Shown here: in pieces, positions 55,451 through 64,000 of the stretch
Layout: every line of letters begins with the position of its first letter
How positions within the stretch are numbered: the stretch's first letter is position 1
DNA from: Octopus vulgaris
Lineage: Eukaryota
DNA length: 64,000 nucleotides
NCBI GenBank assembly: GCA_951406725.2
Contig: OX597816.1
Location: 174,406,001-174,470,000, forward strand
Direction: 5' to 3'
Notes under the pieces: generated by a model
Database searches by the model: none
What the model saw: only the letters and a program-made list of their open reading frames with translations
Told to the model about the DNA's origin: nothing
Program-made: the position numbers and the translations under genes

Positions 55451-58400
55451 GTGTATGTATGTGAGTGTGTGCATATGTGTGTGTATGTTTGTTTGTGTGT
55501 GTGTGTGTGAGTGTATGTATATATCTTAATTATGATGATAATAATATAATAATGACTAGACAGATAACATGAAAATACTGGTATTCAATTATAAAGATTT
55601 CAAAACATTGAAACTCATTCATACTAGAATCAGGAATTAATTTTTATTTACATAATTTCTGTATGCTAAGAATTAATGGAATGAATTTTGCAGATACAGA
55701 CATACCTGAACAGAAGTAAGCATTGCTCATACACACTCATATGCACATGTATGTACAGATAAGTTGGACGTAAGAAGCATCAAATGTGGTGTGCAAGAGA
55801 GACGACTGCCCTGGTATGGTCATGTGTCACATATGGAAGAGTACAGCTGTGTGAGGAAGTGCCACACCCTAACTGTGGAAGGAACCTGTGGAAGAGATAG
55901 ACCCAGGAAGACATGGGATTAGGTGGTGAAGCATGACCTTCAAACATTGGGCCTCACAAAGGCAACAGCTGGAGACCTAGACCTTTGGAGATATGCTGTG
56001 ATTGAGAAGACCCAGCAACTAAAGTGAGATCACAGCCATGGCTGATGCCAGTGTTGCATGTTTGACCGATTTAAGAGTACCCTTGATGTGTCGGGCAATA
56101 CCATATGCTTGACCAAAATCATAGCAGCGACCAGTGACCCCTGACTGGCACCCATTCCAGTGGCATGTAAAAAGCACTATCCAAACGTGATTGATGCCAG
56201 GCCCACCTGACTGGCTCCTGTGCCAGTGGCATGTAAAAAGCACCCACTAAACTCTTAGAGTGGCTGGGATAGGAAGGGCATCCAGCTGTAGAAACATTGC
56301 CAGATCAGATTGGAGCCTGGTGCAGCCACTGGCTGTCCAGACCTCAGTCAAACCATCATGGAAAACGGATGTTAAATGATGATGAACATACATACATACA
56401 CATATATATACCTGTCATATAAGTAGATGCAGGCATGGCTGGGTGGTAGTAAGTCTGTTTCCCAACTGTATGGTTTCAGGTTCAGTCCAACTGCATGGCA
56501 CTTTGGACAAAAGTCTTCTGCTATAACCCCAGGCCAACCAAAGCCTTGTGAGTGGATTTCATCAAGGAAAACTGAAAGAAGCTCATCATATATGTCCATA
56601 TGTATGTGTGTGTGTGTGTGTGAGTGTGGGGGGGTAGAAAGGGCTCCTTAGCCGTAGTGAAGGCAATCTATCTAGGGAGATAACCTTACAATAAATCACT
56701 CGGTCCGTAGCTTAGAAATACTGGGTTGACATCTAGCGGGAACAGCTTTGTTTCATGGAGGAGGAAAGATCTTCTTTAGTACTTGGTTGTACAATGCTTT
56801 CCAATGTGTGTAGTAGTGGCGCGCGCACACATTATTAGCCATTTGAAAAGACTATGAAAGTCTCGACCACGACGAACAATGATGATGATGATGATGTGTG
56901 TGTGTGTGTGTACATGTATATGACATGCACATGTGTGTTTGTATGTCTATCACTGTCTCAAGTGATAATTGTAAGTGAATATTATCATCATCATGCAAGC
57001 AAGTAGAGTCTTTCATTTCCAGTCTTCTGTGTCAGGAAAATCAGGATATAGAAAATCCATCTCAGCAATTTCTGCCTGACCCATGCAACATAGAAAAATG
57101 GACATTAAAGCAATGATGATGATGATGACATATATTATAACACAAAGTTGAGTAAGAACATTTAAAAATGTAAGGAAATCAATTAATGGGTTTATTGATA
57201 TTATAAAATGGGACTCAGTACTTGTGCCAGTTTCAGTCTAATAATTAGTATGTGCCACATGTTATATTTATTCTTTATTTAGGTCAGCATAAAAGCTTTG
57301 ACACGTAAGATATTATAGTTTAAAATATTGGATTCCTGAATAATGATGATGATGATTGACTACCGTAAGGCATACGATATGATCCCACACTCTTGGGTAA
57401 TGGAATGTATGAACCTATTTGGTATTGCATAGAATGTTGAGCGATTGCCTGGAAAAAGTATGGTGAAATGGAGGGCGGACCTGACAGCATACAGAAGAAG
57501 TTTAGGGACAGTAGAAATCAGGAGGGGCATCTTCCAAGAGGACTGCCTGTCGCCACTGATCTTTGTACTGTGCTTGACACTGATTCTGAGGAAAGCAAAA
57601 GCTGGGTATGTATTAAAAAGCTGCCAACAAGTCAACCATTTGTTATTCATGGATGACCTCAAACTTTATGGTAAAGATGAAAACCCAAGTCAGTTCCCTC
57701 ATTGATACGGTGTATACCTTCAGTGCTGATATCAGAATGGAGTTTGGACTGAAAAAGTGTGCTGTGTTAGTCTTGAAGAGAAGCAAAGTCAAATGTATGG
57801 ATGGGCTATCGATACTGTTGGGGGAGGTTATGAAGCAGATAGAAAAGACGGGCTATAAGTACTTGGGGATTTTGGAAATGGATAAATTGATAGAGAACGA
57901 AATGACAGAAAAAATTAAGGTGGAGTACTTGTGCAGACTGAGACTGATCCTATAAAAAATGCCACAGAACCACTATTATTAGAAGTAAGATGGTCAGGCC
58001 TGTGTAGGATGAAAGATTGCAAAGATAAAGCACTATACAAGAAATTGAAAACGAATGAACCTGAAAATAGGTGGGTAAAGAAAAGAATACATGGACAATT
58101 TCATAGGGATGTTGAAGATAAGACAGACAGAGAAAAAAGATGGTTGTGGATGACTAAAAGTGATTTAAAACCAGAAACGGAGGCGCTAATCTGTGCTACC
58201 CAAGAACAAGCACTAAGAACAAACTACATAAAATACAGAATAGACAACACATCAGAAAGTGATGAGTGCAGAATTTGTAGACAAAATGGTGAAACCGTAT
58301 GGCATATTACCAGCCAATGTACACCACTAGTCCAGAAAGAATATAAGAGACGGAATTTGAACTCAGAATGTAACGGCAGACGAAATACAGCTACGTATTT

Positions 58401-59706
58401 CGCCCGGCGTGCTAACGTTTCTGCCAGCTCGCCGCTGATACAAGCATGATACAATTTACCTTTCCCTCTGTGAGAGGGTCCTTTTGTTCCCAACAGTGGG
58501 AAAAGCTCTCTGAACTTCCTCCATCCCATTCTTATTCTAGCAATAATACTTTCAGAATATCATCCACCACTGCTAATTGGTCACCTAGGCAACAAAAACT
58601 ATCTACAAACTATCTACAATGATAAAAATCCTTTCTACTAAAGGTACAATGCTTGAAATTTGGGGGAGGGGTAAGTCAATTAGATCAACCCCAGTATTCA
58701 ACTGGTACTATCCTTTTGCAAACCCCAAGAGTTTGTAGAATTTTACTCCGGTTTCTGTAACTATTAGGTGGATACTAAATCTCAGCCAAGGTGGAATACC
58801 AGAGGCTAGTTGAACTGAAATATGTACAATCACCTCAGATCACATTTTGCCATGAAATACTCAATGGAAAATGTAGTTCCAAATACACTGCATCTGGTTG
58901 GACTACTTTTGAATATAAGTTTACTATATCAGAATTATCAATAATTACTAGTGCCAATATATACGGACACACATCTCTATGTATTTAATTTCATAGTTAA
59001 ATTAGGCCCCATAAGGGCCATTTTTGATATCTTGGAATGAGGTTTGAACCAACATCTCAAAAAAGTCTTTACCATTCAAGTTGCTCACTTACTTCTGAGC
59101 TGTAAAGACAACAGAACAAATTAGTTCAATTCTTATGAAATCTGACAAAAATTTCTTGTGACCCTAATGCCCTCTGAGATTAAATAGAAATGGATTTGAC
59201 TGTAAATTTATTTATTCATAATCTATATTTATGGGTACTACAGTATTTAAAAGATGTCACCCTTGCACCCACGTATTAATGAACTGTGCCAGGCATGCTA
59301 CTGGAAAAACCCTCATGCATTTTATTTGACAGCAAGTTTAAATATATATGGATATGATTTAGTGCCGGTGGCACGTAAAAAGCACCATCCGTTCGTGGCC
59401 ATTGCCAGCCTCGCCTGGCCCCCGTGCCGGTGGCACATAAAAAGCACCATCCGATCGTGGCCTTTGCCAGACTCGCCTGGCACGTAAAAAGCACCATCCG
59501 TCCGTGGACTTTTGCCAGCTCCGTCTGGCACTTGTGTGGGTGGCACGTAAAAAGCACCCGCTACACTCACGGAGTGGTTGGTGTTAGGAAGGGCATCCAG
59601 CCGTAGAAACACTGCCAGGTCAGACTGGGCCTGATGCAGCCTTCTGGCTTCACAGACCCCAGTTGAACCGTCCAACCCATGCTAGCATGGAAAGCGGACG
59701 CTAAAC

Positions 59707-59738
<32 letters not shown>

Positions 59739-60737
59739 AGTATTTTTATATACATCAGAGCTGGCCTGGAGAAGAGCTCTAACAACAGCAATACAATATT
59801 CAACATAAAATCACCTACTTTTTTCTATAATTCAAAGTGTCAAGTTTTTATATAACCTGTCAAATAATATTTTACACACACATTTCATGTCCTCATTTAA
59901 TAAATAATATCCCATTTGAAAGAATTAGTTTCCTTCATTTAGTGACTCACCTTTGAAATATTTAACTAAACATTTGTAACAGAAAAATATTATACCACAC
60001 CCTGAAGAAAGCTTATAAATATTTCGCATGTTTAAAATCTCTTCTGTTCATAAACTGCTAGCTCATTTTCCTTTCTTTTATATTTAATTTTAAATATCTT
60101 TTTTTCCTCACAAATATTTTACTCAACAATATATGTTGGATAGTAAATGTAACTTCTAGAGAGCAGCTTTTGGTGAGAAAAAAAGTATAGTAATAATTAT
60201 ATAGGCGCAGGAGTGGCTGTGTGGTAAGTAGCTTGCTTACAAACCACATGGTTCCGGGTTCAGTCCCACTGCGTGGCATCTTGGGCAAGTGTCTTCTGCT
60301 ATAGCCCCGGGCCGACCAATGCCTTGTGAGTGGATTTGGTAGACGGAAACTGAAAGAAGCCTGTCGTATATATGTATATATATATGTATGTGCGTGTATG
60401 TTTGTGTGTCTGTGTTTGTCCCCTTAGTATTGCTTGACAACCGATGCTGGTGTGTTTACATCCCCGTCGCTTAGCGGTTCGGCAAAAGAGACTGATAGAT
60501 AAGTACTGGGCTTACAAAGAATAAGTCCTGGGGTCGATTTGCTCGACTAAAGGAGGTGCTCCTGCATGGCCACAGTCAAATGACTGAAACAAATAAAAAA
60601 AAAAATAGACAGTATGTTACAAGAATGGGAAGATGAGATTGCCATACCTTACTTTGAGTGCTATTATTGTATGGTGTTTTTATTTAATTGCTATTGTTTT
60701 TGATTTTACCAGATCAGTTTTGCTGAAGAGGACATGA
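45385..60737 (+). CDS. Speculative 5-exon small ORF, 50 aa (exons 45385-45404, 50444-50507, 55694-55715, 57283-57304, 60713-60737)
   Basis: All junctions are GT-AG with pyrimidine tracts, and phases join into an open frame. AATAAA at 60879-60884. No known homology. Confidence 0.25.
46800..47350 (+). mobile_element. Decayed pogo/Fot1-like DDE_1 transposase fragment
   Basis: DIYNLDET and VGSVTSGERGELVTVVNAVNAGG motifs. Confidence 0.8.
47355..47915. mobile_element. Unclassified CpG-retaining DNA-element fragment with a 43-bp internal inverted repeat
   Basis: Arms 47355-47397 and 47455-47497. Right end ggccactggt-tttaa (Kolobok-like, uncertain). Confidence 0.45.
47977..49286 (+). mobile_element. 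Internally deleted maT/Tc1-like element with a nested RTE 3' UTR (48522-48988, +)
   Basis: Termini CAGGGTG...CACCCTG. Homologous to 2205-3658. Confidence 0.9.
49315..49514 (-). mobile_element. Inverted 3'-end fragment of the same maT/Tc1-like family
   Basis: Reverse complement of ~49088-49286. Confidence 0.88.
49712..50053 (-). mobile_element. CR1 LINE 3' end with (TAAC)n tail
   Basis: RRGDLILAHKII...GHSEKL...FSVRVADPWNKLP. Confidence 0.9.
50950..51560 (-). mobile_element. Possible highly decayed Penelope-like coding remnant
   Basis: Only weak motifs (GDPFRCNTACKT). Confidence 0.25.
52215..55300 (-). mobile_element. Decayed Hero/R2-like (restriction-like endonuclease) LINE
   Basis: QFRPVLILNVGGKI, PGFVEHASLIW, WLDLANAYGSVPH and KIWCLQFGLYP..WPL motifs. 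Many stops. Confidence 0.88.
55765..56385 (+). mobile_element. RTE LINE 3' end (ORF C-terminus + UTR)
   Basis: RSIKCGVQERRL.WYGHV. Homologous to 30230-30470. Confidence 0.9.
56428..56625 (+). mobile_element. Old partial SINE family A
   Basis: Diverged head plus caaagccttgtgagtggattt. Confidence 0.75.
57355..58351 (+). mobile_element. Dong/R4-clade LINE fragment (RT + CCHC knuckle)
   Basis: DYRKAYDMIPHSW, RGIFQEDCLSPL, NHLLFMDDLKLY, YKYLGILE and CRICRQNGETVWHITSQC motifs. 5' flank is (TGA)n. Confidence 0.92.
58352..58610 (-). mobile_element. SINE B head fragment (58352-58436) followed by an RTE RT fragment
   Basis: ggaatttgaactcag...agctcgccgc, then WRKFRELFPLL. Confidence 0.85.
59362..59736 (+). 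mobile_element. RTE LINE 3' UTR with tandem units and (GAT)n tail
   Basis: Close reverse-complement match to 5726-6100. Confidence 0.92.
60203..60605 (+). mobile_element. SINE family A
   Basis: Full-length match. Confidence 0.92.
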
Positions 60738-61145
60738 TGGTGGGCTATTTGATTCATTTCAGCTGAGGATACGGTTTTTAATGTGTGGTATATTTTCCTA
60801 AGATCTGCAATTAAGACATTGGGGAGTTTACTTAATACACTACAAAGTTTACATAAAACACCACAGGACATATGAATTAATAAATTCTCAATGATAATAT
60901 AAATTTAGCCTAGCTCTAAAATAATTCTATGTTTATCACATCTTGAGAAGACATTGGGATCTAATAACCAAAGAATTGTTGGTTCAGTATTGTTGGATTT
61001 GATGACATTTTACTTTAATCCAGTTAAAACCATGCTTTCTCACTCAGTCAAACTGTTTATATATCAAAAGACGCCCTAGTACTAATCAACTAGAAGTATA
61101 AATATAGCAATATGTGTATGAAAGAAATTATCTTTATACAGTATA

Positions 61146-61545
61146 GGCGCAGGAGTGGCTGTGTGGTAAGTAGCTTGTTTACCAACCACATGGTTCTGGG
61201 TTCAGTCCCACTGCGTGGCACCTTGGGCAAGTGTCTTCTACTATAGCCTCGGGCCGACCAAAGCCTTGTGAGTGGATTTGGTAGACGGAAACTGAAAGAA
61301 GCCCGTCGTATATATGTATATATATATAAGTGTGTGTGTGTTTGTGTGTCTGTGTTTGTCTCCTTAGCATTGCTTGACAACCGATGCTGGTGTGTTTATG
61401 TCCCCGTTACTTAGCGGTTCGGCAAAAGAGACCGATAGAATAAGTACTGGGCTTACAAAAGAATAAGTCCCGGGGTCAAGTTGCTCGATTAAAGATGGTG
61501 CTCCAGCATGGCCAAAGTCAAATGACTGAAACAAGTAAAAGAGTA
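61146..61545 (+). mobile_element. SINE family A
   Basis: Full-length match. Confidence 0.92.
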
Positions 61546-61627
61546 TAGAATATAAATTTAGAAATTCTATATTATGATTTATATTTAGTCTTGTCTCATA
61601 TATTAATCAGTTTATCTACATCACAAA

Positions 61628-61842
61628 GGTGGTGAGCTGGCAGAATCATTAGCACACCAGGCAAAATACTTAGCAGTATTGCACCTGTCTTTACATTCTG
61701 AATTCAAATTCTGCCGAGGTTGACTTTGCCTTTCATCCTTTTGGGGTCGATAAAATAAATACCAGTTGCATACTGGGGTCGATCAAATTTACTGGCCCCC
61801 TTCCCCCAAAATTTCAGGCTTTGTGCCTATAGTAGAAAAGAT
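61628..61842 (+). mobile_element. SINE family B variant
   Basis: gagctggcagaa...gcctttcatcctt..ggggtcgataaa. Confidence 0.85.
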
Positions 61843-63179
61843 TATATCTACATCATCATGTGATAAATGTGGGTTATCTATAGATACATAAATGATCTAA
61901 GGAGACCTGCAAGGTCTAGCTTCTACTGAAGCTTATTAAAACTAAGTTGAAATCACAATCTTTTTGTAGTCAGACCCATATGTTCTCTCTGGGATTTATG
62001 TTGCTAAAATTATCTTAGACAGAAGTTACATACTCATAAATAGTATTAAATATGATACATGTTGAGTGAAAGTAAGATATTTATTGATACGTCATTGACC
62101 CGCATAACATCTACATAAAATATTTGCCATTAGCACATATGGTCCTCATAAGAGAGATTTTACCATTGCATTGAGAAAAACAAAGCATAATGCAAAAGTT
62201 CCCTTGTTGAACTATGATAATAGAAACCAGAGTTTATCAAAGGAAATTTTCTGTAACATTGAGCAGGTTTTAATGTCTGCATGGAGGCTACCTCATTGGT
62301 TCATGCATCAAATCTAAGTATCAGAGAATTTACTTCTATTTTGCAATATTTATGACATGCTAAGTGGATCAATAACAATAATGATTTATTTTCAGCTTGT
62401 TAAATATAAAGAAAGGGAACAAATCAATGAGGAAACCTTTATATGGTTTCTTGGGCAGCGAGAAATAGCAGCCAAGGTTCCTTTAAATAGTACACAATCA
62501 CTTGAAAAATATAGGATTGAATAATGTAGTCCATTGAATAATATAGGCCAATTTAAACAAAGGCCAAGTTAAACAAAGGCCAAGATAAACAAAGATAATT
62601 TCTGGAATGTCTTTCATCAAGGCTAAAAGGTGAAACAAAACAAGGAAAGCCCAATGTGAAGTTGTAATACTCATATTTTTCCTAAGGTCTTAAATACACG
62701 AGTAAAATTATTTTCATTGGAAGAGAAAAGAATTCATCAATAACATCTCACCAGTACAGAGGCAACTGGTCGATAACTAACTGGCTAATAGCCTAGCAGG
62801 CAACAGCCAAATAGACAATAGTTAACTGATTATTAGCCAAATGGAAAACAGCAAAACAGATTATGGCCAAGTGGACAACAGCCAAATGAGTTGATAGCAC
62901 AAGTAAGTAACAACTAACCTGGCGAACTCACAACCAAAGTAATTTGGCTTCTAGAGTTTAGTCATCAAGAGGTATAATTGTGGTTGATTAACTCCAAGTC
63001 AGCTCAAATAATAATTTCTAACATAGGTATAAAACTACAAATTGAAAGAGGTTTGTTGATTAAAGTAAGCCCAGTACTTGAATTATTTCCTTGACATTAA
63101 AAGATGAAAGACAAAATTGACCTCAGCAAGATTTGAACTCAGAGCATAAAGATCAAAAATAAATATCATTAGGTATTTT

Positions 63180-63390
63180 TACCAATGTTCTTGAGCGAAC
63201 GATCATAATTGGTAAGGTGAACGGTAGACGTAAAAGAGGCAGACCACCCACTTCTTGGCTGAAAGTCATCACAGCCACAGGATTGTCTTTATTCTCAGCT
63301 GTCCATGGGGTGGGGGACAGGAGAAGGTAGAAAGACATCGTGATGACCACAGCATCGCATAGTGCGGCACCTGATTAGGATGATAATGAT
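63180..63390 (+). mobile_element. Short 3' end of another RTE-type LINE
   Basis: ERTIIIGKVNGRRKRGRPPTSW, then a gatgataatgat tail. Confidence 0.7.
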
Positions 63391-63396
63391 GGTGGT

Positions 63397-63974
63397 GTTA
63401 AAGATAAGACAGACAGAGAAAAAAGATGGTTGTGGATGACTAAAAGAGATTTAAAACCAGAAACGGAGGCGCTAATCTGTGCTACCCAAGAACAAGCACT
63501 AAGAACAAACTACATAAAATACAGAATAGACAACACATCAGAAAGTGATAAGTGCAGAATTTGTAGACAAAATGGTGAAACCGTATGGCATATTACCAGT
63601 CAATGTACACCACTAGTCCAGAAAGAATATAAGAGACACTACAACAATATAGCAAGGCTTGTCCATTGGACACTTTGAAACTAGTATGGACTTGACAGAG
63701 GTAAAAAATTGGTAGGACCACAAACCCGAAAACATCATCATAAATGATAATGCAAAGATCCTATGGGATTTTATGATTCAGTGCGACCATGAGATAGAGA
63801 ATAGGAAGCCAGACAGTCTTAATTGAGAAAGAAACCAAACTATGCTGGATTATAGATATAGCATGCCCAGCTGACAACAAGGTATACGATAAGGAAGAAA
63901 GAAAAGTTGATAGGTATGACTGGTTAGCTTGAGAGGTAAAGCAGTTGTGGTCGGTGAAAAGGTGGTAGTAGTAG
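63397..63974 (+). mobile_element. Dong/R4 LINE 3' fragment (CCHC knuckle + restriction-like endonuclease)
   Basis: CRICRQ..H...C, KILWDFMIQCDH, RKPD and IDIACP motifs. Confidence 0.9.
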
Positions 63975-64000
63975 GATGAAAGGTAAAGTCAACCTTGACA

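Noticed and set aside
58791-58988. ORF open on both strands in unique sequence
   Set aside because: Short, with no motif or convincing splice pair. At most an alternative last exon of the speculative plus-strand transcript.
59362-59400. Resemblance of GCACGTAAAAA to the pistol or twister ribozyme
   Set aside because: The remaining conserved stems and catalytic residues are not evident. Kept only as a pseudoknot hypothesis.
59951-60001. Minus-strand 51-nt exon-like segment (ttcag|...aag|gtgagt)
   Set aside because: It is isolated, opposes the local skew, and has no partner exon or homology. Such sites arise by chance in 64 kb.

Overview
AT-rich, repeat-saturated animal genomic DNA. The SINE/LINE families match those I recognise from octopus, so the source is most likely a coleoid cephalopod (inference). 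There is no intact, recognisable host protein-coding ORF. Most ORF-track entries are microsatellite or SINE artefacts, or decayed transposon proteins. LINEs present: RTE (one near-full-length, with a PHD-like finger), CR1/L2-group, Hero/R2-like and Dong/R4. DNA transposons present: mariner, maT/Tc1 and pogo/Tigger, plus piggyBac-like, Merlin-like and Helitron non-autonomous elements. There are also three tRNA-derived SINE families and Penelope-like fragments. A CpG-retaining zone at ~39-45.4 kb, with an apparent A/T skew flip, suggests a divergent promoter. To its left lies a putative minus-strand gene with a very long 5' intron; to its right, a putative plus-strand spliced transcript with microexons. 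Best leads: a 117-nt minus-strand-biased hairpin (miRNA or editing candidate), a 5-exon 50-aa smORF model, tandem compact pseudoknots in the RTE 3' UTR, degenerate hammerhead-like motifs, and Merlin-type MITEs. Repeat boundaries are approximate unless a TSD or TIR is quoted.
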